Part shown: positions 37,029-47,199 of the stretch, one piece after another
Layout: the number at the start of each line of letters is the position of its first letter
Position numbering within the stretch: the stretch's first letter is position 1
IMG/VR virus record: IMGVR_UViG_3300042154_004306
Source of the DNA: a virus
Lineage: Duplodnaviria; Heunggongvirae; Uroviricota; Caudoviricetes
DNA length: 64,000 nucleotides
Strand: one strand, 5' to 3'
Translations under genes and position numbers: made by a program
The notes under the pieces: model-generated
What the model was told of the DNA's origin: nothing
Seen by the model: only the letters and a program-made list of their open reading frames with translations
The model's database searches: none

Positions 37029-37850
37029 GTCGAAAAGATCTTCGCATTCAGTTAATACCAACTCCTTATTTAAACCGCTTAGTGAATCTCCAAAATGAAT
37101 TGCTCTAAATCTGAGCTCGCCTGTTTTCTTTGCATGAGTAATATCCTCAGCAAGAGTCGGCAAGTCTTCCCTTTTTCTAAAATATCGACTTGAGGCTTGG
37201 TACTTGCCGAGCAGGTCTTCCCTAACCATTTCCATGTGGTGCATCGTTATTAGATCACGTTCAAAAACTCTGGATCGTGTGTAAGAATCGTCTGTGATTC
37301 CACGAGTTGGATCGACATCAGAGAACATGAACTGCACCGAATGATGGCGACTCGTTGGACCAATCTCATAAATGAACGGCACCTTGAATCTGGAGTAACC
37401 TTGATGTAGAGTTGGAGTCAAGTAATTTATGTAGCGAACTGCAGTTGCCTGTAACTTATCTTGTATGATTTGGCGCTTGGCCTCTTCAAACTGTTCCTTA
37501 ATATAGAACTCATCCGCATCCATTGAGGTATAATGAGTTGCTCCAAGTTCAAGAGCTTTATCTAAACAACTCTGCCTCTTATCACATTCGTATTTTTTAG
37601 CTCGGATCACATCGTCCGGTTTAGTTAGGGATGACGGGGCAAATTTTGTGAATTCCATTATTACATCAATTAGGCCATTCTCCTTGAGACTCTCTAGTGT
37701 GGGTACCAGCAATGGTGAACACTGAGTATTTCCCCATGATACTGTCTGGTAAGAGACAATCACGATATCGACACATTCTCTAATTGATCTAATTGAGGCT
37801 TCTAGGGTTTCAAGCCCATCAAAGACTACGTAACCTACTGCAAGTTTCAT
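36999..37850 (-). CDS. GT-A (GT2-like) glycosyltransferase
   Basis: LEASIRSIRECVD, MDADEF. Confidence 0.75.
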   Translation of the reverse strand: MKLAVGYVVFDGLETLEASIRSIRECVDIVIVSYQTVSWGNTQCSPLLVPTLESLKENGLIDVIMEFTKFAPSSLTKPDDVIRAKKYECDKRQSCLDKALELGATHYTSMDADEFYIKEQFEEAKRQIIQDKLQATAVRYINYLTPTLHQGYSRFKVPFIYEIGPTSRHHSVQFMFSDVDPTRGITDDSYTRSRVFERDLITMHHMEMVREDLLGKYQASSRYFRKREDLPTLAEDITHAKKTGELRFRAIHFGDSLSGLNKELVLTECEDLFDLHSYRNGTR

Positions 37851-37858
37851 TTACGTAA

Positions 37859-38386
37859 TTATTTTTTAATGACTAAAACTAAATCATCCCATCTGCCCTT
37901 AAGATGTCTCAAATCAAACACTTCAAATTCTAAGCCAGCTGGGATTGTTGATATTAATCCATTTAATACTTCTGTACTAGAAATGTCTTCAATCACAAGT
38001 ATTCCTCCAGGTTTGACCTTCGGTAAATACAGTTCAATGCAACATTGTTGACTGTGGCCGCAATGAGGACCATCGTCTATTATTATATCGAAATTGTCAT
38101 GAAATAGGTCGGCTGTGATTTGAGAATAAGCATCGGCAATGATTTGCGTTATTCTATCATCTTCAATGTCTACTCTCTTGAACGTTTCGAGTCCATATAT
38201 TTTGGCATTTGTGAAATATTCTTTCCACATGAATAACGAGCCTCCCTCATAGGTGCCGATTTCTAGAATAGAGTTAGCAGTCTCTCTGTATTTTTTAAAA
38301 AGGTCCTCATATACGTGCTCAATATAGCTGTGATTGGTTCCTTTGTCACTAGTAGTTGGATCATATATTTCCAATAAAGTTTTCAT
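37859..38386 (-). CDS. Class I SAM-dependent (sugar O-) methyltransferase
   Basis: SDKGTNHSY, ILEIG...GGS, DIIIDDGPH, GGILVIED. Confidence 0.85.
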   Translation of the reverse strand: MKTLLEIYDPTTSDKGTNHSYIEHVYEDLFKKYRETANSILEIGTYEGGSLFMWKEYFTNAKIYGLETFKRVDIEDDRITQIIADAYSQITADLFHDNFDIIIDDGPHCGHSQQCCIELYLPKVKPGGILVIEDISSTEVLNGLISTIPAGLEFEVFDLRHLKGRWDDLVLVIKK

Positions 38387-38971
38387 TTAGTTATTATAAT
38401 TATTTTTAAATTCATCTTCACTTTTAAGATTTAAAATTTCTAACTTGAGGCTATCAAAGACAGAATATGATATTTCTGGACCGACTTGGATCGGGGTCAT
38501 ATCTCCTTCTCTGAGTACGCCAACTCCGTGATCATCGTCTAGTGTACAAATGCTCCAACCTGACTCAGATCTAATTTCGCAAACTGCTTTCCAAACCGTT
38601 CCATTTAAAAATGGATTTGTTCCATGATTTTCGTCAAGCGGTCGACAATCGTGAAGAACAATTGAACCGCCTGGGTTCAAACAGGATTTAGCATTTCTAA
38701 TGTCCGTTATTACTTGTTCGTAGTTATGATCACCGTCAATAAAAATTATGTCGAATTTTTCTGAGTTATGATTAAAAAATTCGTCACTGTACAGTTTTTT
38801 GATTCTAGGATCTTCATGCTGGTGGATTGGTTCAACTCCGACCTTGTGTTGACAATTTATTTTTTCCCAAGCAACACCATATTGCAAGCCTATTTCTAAA
38901 TAGGTTTTATAGTTAAACTTTTCGATTAAGAAGTTGATTACATCAAACCTCATAAATTTCATTTGGTTCAT
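38387..38971 (-). CDS. Class I SAM-dependent methyltransferase (Methyltransf_24-like)
   Basis: YLEIG, FDIIFIDGDH, LNPGGSIVLHD. Confidence 0.85.
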   Translation of the reverse strand: MNQMKFMRFDVINFLIEKFNYKTYLEIGLQYGVAWEKINCQHKVGVEPIHQHEDPRIKKLYSDEFFNHNSEKFDIIFIDGDHNYEQVITDIRNAKSCLNPGGSIVLHDCRPLDENHGTNPFLNGTVWKAVCEIRSESGWSICTLDDDHGVGVLREGDMTPIQVGPEISYSVFDSLKLEILNLKSEDEFKNNYNN

Positions 38972-39021
38972 TTGTTTATAGATTTTTTTCTTGAAAATTT
39001 TATTTTCATCAGTATTTTTAT

Positions 39022-39723
39022 TTATTCTAAAAAATATCCGTCTAGTGTAACAGAATTTGGCAAATCGGTTAGATTAACCTCAGGAATTGGTAACCACGGC
39101 TTAAATGTAAATACTTTTTCTGGATTACCAATAAATGCAGCCCACCAACAAAAAGTGCTATTACTACAAATAATTTTTTTGTGTGATGCTATTAATTCAA
39201 AGTCGTCCTTAACTGAACCGCTATGGACTATTGGATTATAGTCTTTAAGTGCAGTAATATATTCGTGGTCAATCGGATTCATAACTAAGTGTAGGTTTTC
39301 ATAAGATTCACTATCTAAAATTTTTTTATACCAATCTGGGTGTATTCTATGTGCTCTACCATAATCGCCGGCTCGTACATGAGCAACAATATCATTGGTC
39401 TCGCGTGTAAGATATTGAGTTTTTAACCACGATCTAATAATTGATCTATTTGGTAAATATCGATTAGATTGTTGAAAGTATCCACTAAAACATACATTTG
39501 CATCAATTGGTAAATGAAATAAATTATCTATAGTAGGTTCATCAATTGTTAAATCAGGTTCACTAAATATTGCACCAGGTAATGGATCAATTATACCGAC
39601 AATAGATTGATGAATCCATGGAGTTATAAGAGCACGATTGTGAGCCTCCGCGTATAATCTAGCAATTGAATATTGAAATAAATTATTTCCAAAGTTACCG
39701 CCGTATGCGATAGTTACACTCAT
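39022..39723 (-). CDS. GT11 alpha-1,2-fucosyltransferase-like
   Basis: GNFGNNLFQY, GYFQ, HVRAGDY, NSTFCWWAAF. Confidence 0.85.
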   Translation of the reverse strand: MSVTIAYGGNFGNNLFQYSIARLYAEAHNRALITPWIHQSIVGIIDPLPGAIFSEPDLTIDEPTIDNLFHLPIDANVCFSGYFQQSNRYLPNRSIIRSWLKTQYLTRETNDIVAHVRAGDYGRAHRIHPDWYKKILDSESYENLHLVMNPIDHEYITALKDYNPIVHSGSVKDDFELIASHKKIICSNSTFCWWAAFIGNPEKVFTFKPWLPIPEVNLTDLPNSVTLDGYFLE

Positions 39724-40523
39724 AATTCTAATAGTTTTTTAGTATATAAATAATCATCGAGTAAATTCATAGAAGTAAGAGCATCTAACCATACTGGATT
39801 ATTAATATCAATAAAGGTTCTAACGTCATTATGTGATTCAGTTAGGTATTTGCCCATTTCTAAAATAAATCGGTCTTTATCAGTTTCATACAGAGTCTGT
39901 TGAGCTAAGCCGGCCTCACTATTCCAAGTTAGTCTATGCTGTTTTATTTTCTTATACCAAATATCAGATGACATGTATCCAATATCTATAAATCCAGCAG
40001 ATTCCCCATAGGTATCAGGGTTTGGTGACAAATACGCTCCATCACCAATATACCGATTTATTGCATTTATCTCAATTAAATCAGCGCCCCAATTAGTAGT
40101 GTATGTCTCAATATATAATTTAACGTGCTGTGTAATAAATGAAATTGCTGGACCAGTTGGATTAGCAATCCACTCCAATATATACTGTTTACCGGCTGGG
40201 GTTATTTGAGTATCCGCTTGTAATATTAAAATATAGCCAGTATTTACCTTTTTCTTAGTTAATTCAATACACATATTTTGAGCGATTGCAATATCATCAG
40301 GTTGTCTAATTTTAAAATTAATGATTTCAATTGTAATACGTGGATCCTTTACTAACTGTTGTATAATATCATGACTAATTTGATCGCCACAATATATAAA
40401 AATATAGTCTATAAAGTCTAGTTTTTGTATAATTTCATAAATCGGATAATTAATTATTTCCTGATTATCAACGTATATATTACAAGAAATCATAATTAAA
40501 TTAGATTTTTTACAGTTTCCCAA
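39720..40523 (-). CDS. Putative GT-A glycosyltransferase
   Basis: AQNMCIE...LILQADTQ; island context. Confidence 0.55.
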   Translation of the reverse strand: MGNCKKSNLIMISCNIYVDNQEIINYPIYEIIQKLDFIDYIFIYCGDQISHDIIQQLVKDPRITIEIINFKIRQPDDIAIAQNMCIELTKKKVNTGYILILQADTQITPAGKQYILEWIANPTGPAISFITQHVKLYIETYTTNWGADLIEINAINRYIGDGAYLSPNPDTYGESAGFIDIGYMSSDIWYKKIKQHRLTWNSEAGLAQQTLYETDKDRFILEMGKYLTESHNDVRTFIDINNPVWLDALTSMNLLDDYLYTKKLLEL

Positions 40524-41143
40524 ATCACTTTATCTTCCTCAATTATGTCAGTATAGTTAGGTAAATTAAAAATACTACGGCTACCTCCATTAATATGAAT
40601 TACCTCCATTTCTGAATAGATATTTAATGAGTAATTTAATTTTTTAAGTTTACCAAAAATCCAGTCATCTCCAAACCATAATTTTAAGCCAGTTGGAATT
40701 GGATAAACTGCTTTACACATTTCTTTTGATAAAACGATCATAATTCCAGGAAAACCTCCAGGAATTTCATCAACGGTATTAGGCGGATTAACTGAAAATT
40801 CATTAACTGGATTTGGCAGCATAATGGTTTTTTCATAATCAATATCAGTTTCTCTAATTTTATTTAGAATTCCAGGCTTTAAAACCAAATCTGAATTTAA
40901 TATGATTAAGTAATCGTGGGCTGAGGTTAAAAACTTTTCCATTATTTGATTCCATGCCGGATTAACAAATACATTAGTAGAATTAGTTAAAACATTTTTA
41001 CCTGAAATTATTTCTTTAATACCGATTGTTGAATTATTATCAATAATAAAAACTTCATCAGCTTGTGGTTCTACTGCGTTAATACATCGGTAAACACAAT
41101 CTTCACAATAAATTACTGGAATTCCAACTAATATACTTCTCAT
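40496..41143 (-). CDS. GT2 glycosyltransferase
   Basis: IIDNNS, NVFVNPAWNQ, ILNSDL, WFGDDW. Confidence 0.8.
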   Translation of the reverse strand: MRSILVGIPVIYCEDCVYRCINAVEPQADEVFIIDNNSTIGIKEIISGKNVLTNSTNVFVNPAWNQIMEKFLTSAHDYLIILNSDLVLKPGILNKIRETDIDYEKTIMLPNPVNEFSVNPPNTVDEIPGGFPGIMIVLSKEMCKAVYPIPTGLKLWFGDDWIFGKLKKLNYSLNIYSEMEVIHINGGSRSIFNLPNYTDIIEEDKVIWETVKNLI

Positions 41144-41159
41144 AAGTTAAATTATTTTT

Positions 41160-41894
41160 TTATGATATTATTTCTTTATTAAAATTTGGATGGGCTTTCA
41201 AAACATCAGGCAGGGTATTTTTATCGAAAGCAACGGCTTCTCCCCATACTGTACACGTTGGATGTATATCTTTATCTCCAGGTTGCCAAGCGTAATAAGT
41301 ATTATCTAACCAGCCTGGTTTTATTTCGTTTTTATGCCCGTGAATTTCAAATTTGTAATCCATTATTTTTTTAGATTGAGCATATCCGAAATGATAGATT
41401 GTTCCATTAATAGATTCTTCAATTTGATTATTTTTATTTATGTTAAATAGTCTAGCTGGTTGAAACCCATCATAACATGCCCAATCAAAAGATTTCCAAA
41501 AGTTGACAAAACCGTTTACGTTTCGCCTCCAAGACGTACCTTCATACGTTTCCTTGATGCATTGTTCCAAAGAGGAAGGTTCCCAAACTTCATCAGCATC
41601 GACCGCTAGCATAACATCATACCCTGGAGCAAAGTTCCAAGCCAAACCTCGATGTTGACCTTCATTACCTAAGCCATCAGTGTTGATCCAATGGACTTTA
41701 GTTGAGGCAGCTTGTGCAATTTCACGAATTTCTGACTCGGTCTCTGGGCAAACCAATTGGGTTCCATAGCCATAACTGGGCTTGGGAGTGTATAGAATTA
41801 CAATTTTATCAACGTGATCGTTAATTGATTTTATTGAAGCATCCAAATATTCTGCTCCATAATGAATTGGATAGTAAGCTAAAGTCTTTATCAT
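41160..41894 (-). CDS. GT2-like glycosyltransferase
   Basis: YLDASIKSI, AVDADEVW, IYHFGYA. Confidence 0.75.
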   Translation of the reverse strand: MIKTLAYYPIHYGAEYLDASIKSINDHVDKIVILYTPKPSYGYGTQLVCPETESEIREIAQAASTKVHWINTDGLGNEGQHRGLAWNFAPGYDVMLAVDADEVWEPSSLEQCIKETYEGTSWRRNVNGFVNFWKSFDWACYDGFQPARLFNINKNNQIEESINGTIYHFGYAQSKKIMDYKFEIHGHKNEIKPGWLDNTYYAWQPGDKDIHPTCTVWGEAVAFDKNTLPDVLKAHPNFNKEIIS

Positions 41895-42583
41895 AGTTTT
41901 TGTTTTATTTTTTCGAGGGCTAAGTCCATTTTATTTTTTGCATGAAATCCAAAAACGGTGTGGAGTCCATGGTCAGAAGTCATTTCATTTTCAACCGAGA
42001 AGCGAGTTGCAACTTCGACTGGTGCAATCTTAAGACCGTTTGATTCAAGCACTGATTTTTTTGAACTTACGATGAAGGCGTCTTCATTCTGACCTGCCCA
42101 ATCTGTGAAAGTTGAAGTTAATTCCAATAGTCTTTTGCTTCTTAACGAAAATCCGCCGTTTCCTACTTGATGGCCAATCGTTGGCCAACCCATGTAAAGT
42201 GGCCATGGAGAACCTATCCAATCGTAATTGTAAAAATCATCATCCCAAAGTTCAGGATTTACAACGAATCCATCGTCCTGAAAAATGAGACAGTATTCAG
42301 AATCTACAAATTTTACTAAATCAAATATGCAAAATTTAGAGTATCCTTCAATGCTCATTTGATCGATTTTAGTGAAATTTAGTCCTGGAATTTCCGGGTC
42401 GACCGTTCCGAAAAACTTAATTTCGTAAAAATCAATAGTCGACATCATGTAGTTTATGATGATTCGGTATTTGTCGATAATTGCCGGCTCCATTTGACGG
42501 CCGTCTATGCAGATCGCGGTAACTTTATGTAAGTCAAGTTTCATATTATTCAGTTGGGCTAATAAATTTATATGGAGGTTCAA
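41891..42583 (-). CDS. DUF5672-like GT-A fold protein
   Basis: YCLIFQDDG, WDDDFYNYDWIGSPW, VGNGGFSLRSK, EDAF, FGFH. Confidence 0.75.
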   Translation of the reverse strand: MNLHINLLAQLNNMKLDLHKVTAICIDGRQMEPAIIDKYRIIINYMMSTIDFYEIKFFGTVDPEIPGLNFTKIDQMSIEGYSKFCIFDLVKFVDSEYCLIFQDDGFVVNPELWDDDFYNYDWIGSPWPLYMGWPTIGHQVGNGGFSLRSKRLLELTSTFTDWAGQNEDAFIVSSKKSVLESNGLKIAPVEVATRFSVENEMTSDHGLHTVFGFHAKNKMDLALEKIKQKL

Positions 42584-43211
42584 TTCGAACAGTTGAATTC
42601 GAATATGTTCTAAAATCAGTCAGGTGTAAATGTTTGGTAATGAGGCTCTTTGCTGGATTTATGACACGGTATTTGCTAACGGATAACTCATGAGCAAGTC
42701 GATTATCACAGCCAGGAATCCCAATCTTAAACTTAAAGTTTCCGCGCTTTATTTGATTAAGAAAAAACCAGGAGTCTTGACTATCCCAACAGTCATGCAA
42801 TTCTGCGTCAATCGTAAGATCTGAAGTAAGAGTTAAATTCCATCTAGATAAAGCAATTGCAATATTCTTTCCAATCCTAGAAAAGGCCTTAGAGATAACA
42901 GCTTCATCGAAGATGATGTCACCGTTTGCGACGATTATTAAGCAGTTAGAAGCCCTTTTAATCTTTCTTTTTCTATAACGTTGGGATATTGTAAAAGCTT
43001 CATGATAAGTAGGTCGGGCCTTTAATATTTTTATCACAATTTTTGGATCATTTAATATGTCTATATTCGATGGAGGAGTTTCACAGAGTAAAATTATTAC
43101 ATCAATCGCTGGATTATTTATATTGTGTTCTAAACATATTAGGAATTCACGATTTCGAAGATTCGATATAGATTTAAAATACGGTATTGTTAAAATACAG
43201 TTAATCATCAT
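42546..43211 (-). CDS. GT-A-like hypothetical protein
   Basis: IVANGDIIFD, ALSRW, SQDSWFF, GIPGCDNRLA. Confidence 0.6.
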   Translation of the reverse strand: MMINCILTIPYFKSISNLRNREFLICLEHNINNPAIDVIILLCETPPSNIDILNDPKIVIKILKARPTYHEAFTISQRYRKRKIKRASNCLIIVANGDIIFDEAVISKAFSRIGKNIAIALSRWNLTLTSDLTIDAELHDCWDSQDSWFFLNQIKRGNFKFKIGIPGCDNRLAHELSVSKYRVINPAKSLITKHLHLTDFRTYSNSTVRIEPPYKFISPTE

Positions 43212-44097
43212 TTTTACCTAAGGCCTGTATTTTTGAAAAGAGAAAGTCGTCCGCTGATTCAAGGCTTTTTACTATTGCTAGATTCTCTTGTATGTAAGGT
43301 AATTTAGATTCATATAATTCTGAGGTTAACGAGTCGACTCCCTTAAATTCATCCCAAAAGATTATTCCTTCTGGATTAAAATCTTCACTAACTTTCCTAG
43401 TTCCCCAATAAATTGGAACCGTTCCAGTAGCAAAACAGTCTGTTATTTTTTCAGTGTAATACTTATCGTAAACCGCATTTTCAAAAACTACTGAAAATTT
43501 ATATTCTTTCAAGGCTGGCAATTTCGATCTCCACCAGTCGCCAGTTGGCCCAGAACCTTCACCTATTCTTTGAGAGCCGTGGGCTCCTCCAAAAAGATCT
43601 AGGTGATTCTGTAGTTGAGCTGCGACCTGTAACCTAATCATGTGGCCTTGGGTTCTAGCCTTTGGCGAACATATCATTGAACAGACCTTAGTCTTTTCGT
43701 AAAGCTTCATCTCTTCCGGCTTTGTCCACGGTAAATTGGAACCAGGTGGGCAGTAAACAAAAAATGGATCACCTAAAAGGGATTCATCGCATGTAAATAT
43801 TTTGTGAAAGCTCTTTTTGTATTTTGGCAAATCATTTAATATTTTTGAATGGATTGAATCACAAATTTGCCTAGATTCACATAGCCATCCGTATTTTCCA
43901 ACGGCAGATGGAGTAAGGAGCCCTTGTTCAATTGAATCGTCTATATAGACTACAGTATTTGAGTCTGAGGTTGTCCACTCAAACTTAGCGGTTGATAAAT
44001 TTGAACATGATGAGTATTCGGCTGGAAATGGAAGTCCGATTCCTTTAATGTGCATATAGTTTATCCCAATTTTTTTGTAAATTTGAATTGGCGTCAA
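43201..44097 (-). CDS. GT10 alpha-1,3-fucosyltransferase-like
   Basis: YKFSVVFENAVYDKYYTEKITDCFATGTVPIYWG is the GT10 signature. Confidence 0.9.
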   Translation of the reverse strand: MTPIQIYKKIGINYMHIKGIGLPFPAEYSSCSNLSTAKFEWTTSDSNTVVYIDDSIEQGLLTPSAVGKYGWLCESRQICDSIHSKILNDLPKYKKSFHKIFTCDESLLGDPFFVYCPPGSNLPWTKPEEMKLYEKTKVCSMICSPKARTQGHMIRLQVAAQLQNHLDLFGGAHGSQRIGEGSGPTGDWWRSKLPALKEYKFSVVFENAVYDKYYTEKITDCFATGTVPIYWGTRKVSEDFNPEGIIFWDEFKGVDSLTSELYESKLPYIQENLAIVKSLESADDFLFSKIQALGKNDD

Positions 44098-46150
44098 TGT
44101 TTATTAAAACCTCATTTTCAGATAAAGAGGCTTGGCCATAATAAATCGCGCCACCTGACTCAATTTTTAAACGAGTAATTTCGTCACTTGATTGAGTTAA
44201 CTGTTGGATTGGCAAGTATATCTTTAGTCGACTATGATTTGAAAAATTAAGTAAAGCAGAATAGGCTAACTTAATTGGATCAGGTTCAGACTCAGATATT
44301 TTGATCACAACAGTTTTGACAGATTTTGATAGATTCCATCTAGCCTGATGAGTTAGGCTCTGAACTGCTTGGTGGATTTTGTCCTTTCCTGGAATTTCAC
44401 TATTACCGTTATTTATGTATTTGCCATTTACAAAATCCAGCCAATTATCAGAAAGTAAGAATACACTATATTGTCCATTTAATTTCTCAAGAACATAGTG
44501 TTTCAGAGCATCATGATCTAGTTCAGGAATTCCTTTCTCAAACGCGGAATTGCAGTGTACGATCCACTCTCTTACGATTTTAAAAGCATCCTCTGTGTAA
44601 TTTAAAAAAACCGGAGATGCCTGTATTCCATTCATATCTCCGCTGTGAGTAGCTAATCCAATATCTTGAAAAAGATTATTGAATTCGCTGAACGGCTCCC
44701 TAAAATCAGTATCGCAATCCATCCATATAACGCCTCTTTTATGAGTCATCATTTTAGCCAAAATGAATTCAGGTTTCATGAGACAGTTTGCTGCATATCC
44801 GCCTCGAGGAGAGAGCTCAGAAATATCAAAACTAATCTTAAACTCGTCACATTTCTTAATGAGCTGCATTGCAAACGCTCGGTAATATCCACTCGATGTA
44901 AAATCAGAGTAATAACTAATCAGTAGTTGAGATAATGATTTTCGTTCTTCTGATTTTTTAATTTTTGATAAAAATTGAAAATTAGAAGTTTTGGTTTCTA
45001 CCGCAGGTGCTTCAGTTAGGTCGACTGAATTTGATTGAGGTTTTGTCGTTTTATTAAATGATGATATTGAATTAAGGTAGCTGTGTCGAATTTCCGTATC
45101 AAATCCTTTGGTCAAGGGCCCGGTCGAACTAGATAAATCGTAGACAATGTCCCAAGTCTTTCCAGAAGTTTCCAATTCATCTAACGATCGTATCATCTTA
45201 TCCGAGTCAATTGATGAAATTTGATTAGAAAATTCCACAAATAGAGGATCACTTGACTTCATGTTTCCAACTATCCAATATTCATGACAGCTACAGTTTT
45301 CAATTATTTCTAAAATGCGAGCCTTAGTAGATTGGATTTCGCCGTTTGGAAAATACTTAAATAGAATGGTTGGATTAAGTTCGGTTAAATCTGGTGAATC
45401 TGATTTTATATCTTGCCTGAATGCTGCAAATATAGTATCGGTCGCTTTTGTTTTTATCTTAGTTAGGGTGGATACTTTAGGAAGCCCAGTCTTTCGGACC
45501 GCAAACATCTGCTTGTGAATGTCTTGAGAGGTTGAAGTTTCTCTAAAATTTAAGGCAAGCAGCCGATCTACAAGTAATGGATCTGACTGATCCGGGTTAT
45601 CGAAGACTACAAACTTGTCATAGATTGAATCTGAACTGAACCGTACTCCATTTGTTAGAGTGTAAGTGAACTTTTTAATTCCAATATCGCTAACTAGATC
45701 TGGTCCAGTAATAGCAGCAGATATCAGTTTGGAAGTAGCCTCAGTATTAACGATTGTGAAAAGATGAGGGCATATTAAGCCGTTGTGCGTTCGATAAAAA
45801 ATATTTCGGTCAGAATATGCTGGAATTGATTTAAGTATGAATAGGTGAGGATCGAACACAGTAACGATCGCGTCCATGTAGGAAAGCGCACTAAATATGA
45901 AAGGGTCGATTTTGTACTGATTGGATTGTGAGTTTTCCTTTTTTATTTGTTGAGACATGTAGTTTGGAAAAACTCTAGTTACTTTACATTTTTTAGATAA
46001 AAAAATTACAAGCTTCAAAGGCACTTCAATTTGAGAACAAATCACAAGTTCATCGTAATCTGTCTGACTGTTCCTAAGGATAGACTCGACATTCTCTAGA
46101 AAAATATCCTGTACAGGATTTGAATAATATGTAAATAATACGGTTTTCAC
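44045..46150 (-). CDS. Multidomain nucleotide-diphospho-sugar transferase (GTG start)
   Basis: C-terminal CLMKPEFI...VIWMDCDTDF...ASPVFL...DHDAL (GT77-like); degenerate GT-A-like N-terminal region. Confidence 0.65.
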   Translation of the reverse strand: MKTVLFTYYSNPVQDIFLENVESILRNSQTDYDELVICSQIEVPLKLVIFLSKKCKVTRVFPNYMSQQIKKENSQSNQYKIDPFIFSALSYMDAIVTVFDPHLFILKSIPAYSDRNIFYRTHNGLICPHLFTIVNTEATSKLISAAITGPDLVSDIGIKKFTYTLTNGVRFSSDSIYDKFVVFDNPDQSDPLLVDRLLALNFRETSTSQDIHKQMFAVRKTGLPKVSTLTKIKTKATDTIFAAFRQDIKSDSPDLTELNPTILFKYFPNGEIQSTKARILEIIENCSCHEYWIVGNMKSSDPLFVEFSNQISSIDSDKMIRSLDELETSGKTWDIVYDLSSSTGPLTKGFDTEIRHSYLNSISSFNKTTKPQSNSVDLTEAPAVETKTSNFQFLSKIKKSEERKSLSQLLISYYSDFTSSGYYRAFAMQLIKKCDEFKISFDISELSPRGGYAANCLMKPEFILAKMMTHKRGVIWMDCDTDFREPFSEFNNLFQDIGLATHSGDMNGIQASPVFLNYTEDAFKIVREWIVHCNSAFEKGIPELDHDALKHYVLEKLNGQYSVFLLSDNWLDFVNGKYINNGNSEIPGKDKIHQAVQSLTHQARWNLSKSVKTVVIKISESEPDPIKLAYSALLNFSNHSRLKIYLPIQQLTQSSDEITRLKIESGGAIYYGQASLSENEVLINIDANSNLQKNWDKLYAH

Positions 46151-46169
46151 TTGAGGATTTTACTTTTTC

Positions 46170-46178
46170 TTATTTATA
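46170..46178 (-). promoter_or_regulatory. T4-type late promoter TATAAATA(A) heading the glycan island
   Basis: Exact consensus about 20 nt upstream of the GTG at 46150. Confidence 0.7.
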
Positions 46179-46241
46179 GACACGATAAACTTGTTGGAGG
46201 TATTTAGTATTATACTGTAAATATCATACTAGATTTAACCA

Positions 46242-47135
46242 TTGAAAAATTATTATGAAACGTTGGGAGTTGCAGAAACTGCTTCGCCAGATGAAATTAA
46301 AAAGGCTTATCGTAAGCTTGTGACCGAACATCATCCTGACAAAAACGGCGGAAGTAAGGAATCTGAAGATAAGTTCAAAGAGATTGCAGAAGCCTATGAA
46401 ACTCTAGGTAATGCAACTAAACGTAAGCAGTATGATGCTGGTCGTGGACCGAGAGGCCAGCACAATAGCTTCTATGATAGTTTTCATGATTTTTCGTTTG
46501 GCGGAAATCGTTCTAATTTCAAGAATCTAACTCATACTGTTGATAAATGGGCTTCAATCAAAGAGGTAATGGAAGGAACCTCTTTTGAAGTTCAGTATTC
46601 AATAACTAAAAACGTGGGAGGTTCAACTGGCACAGAAATGAAGACGGTAAAGGTATTAGTAAACCTAGCAGAGAACGGCTATCCAATCACCGTTGAAAAT
46701 GGCAGGTACTGCATTTTACTAAAGGTTAGGGGCGGAGGTTCTGTACAAGAGACAAACGAAACTGATTTTTTCGGCAGGGCTAGAAAAATGGTGGTAACTG
46801 GAGATCTTATTGTTAGAGTAAATATTGACATGTTAGGGATTGCGATTGACCAAAGCGACCTTATTCAACGAATTGAACTGTCTTTACATGATGTACTATT
46901 TAATGAAGAGACCTTACTTGAGAGTCAATTAGGTAAGAAATATCGAATAAAATCATTCAATCGGGATACCCTTAATGACATTACTGTCAGAATACCCAAT
47001 CAGGGACTGGTTTCAGCCTTCGGCAATAGGGGCAATTACGTATTCAAGATAATTGTGACCAAGCCGGATTTTTCAAAAATTAGTGAAGAAAAACTACAGA
47101 TTTTAAAAGACTTGCTACTCGACTTTAATAAATAA
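46242..47135 (+). CDS. dnaJ: DnaJ (Hsp40) co-chaperone without Zn finger (TTG start)
   Basis: [31 protein letters not shown]. Confidence 0.9.
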   Translation: MKNYYETLGVAETASPDEIKKAYRKLVTEHHPDKNGGSKESEDKFKEIAEAYETLGNATKRKQYDAGRGPRGQHNSFYDSFHDFSFGGNRSNFKNLTHTVDKWASIKEVMEGTSFEVQYSITKNVGGSTGTEMKTVKVLVNLAENGYPITVENGRYCILLKVRGGGSVQETNETDFFGRARKMVVTGDLIVRVNIDMLGIAIDQSDLIQRIELSLHDVLFNEETLLESQLGKKYRIKSFNRDTLNDITVRIPNQGLVSAFGNRGNYVFKIIVTKPDFSKISEEKLQILKDLLLDFNK

Positions 47136-47170
47136 TGATAGTACTGCTCACCTTATATGAAAGGAGCACG

Positions 47171-47178
47171 TATAAATA
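47171..47178 (+). promoter_or_regulatory. T4-type late promoter TATAAATA
   Basis: Exact consensus upstream of the protease gene. Confidence 0.75.
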
Positions 47179-47199
47179 ATCAAAAAAAGTCGAATTAAG

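Noticed and set aside
47143-47170. Possible hairpin TGCTCACCT...AGGAGCA before the late promoter
   Set aside because: The stem is short and bulged with no T tract, so it is not a convincing terminator or RNA element.
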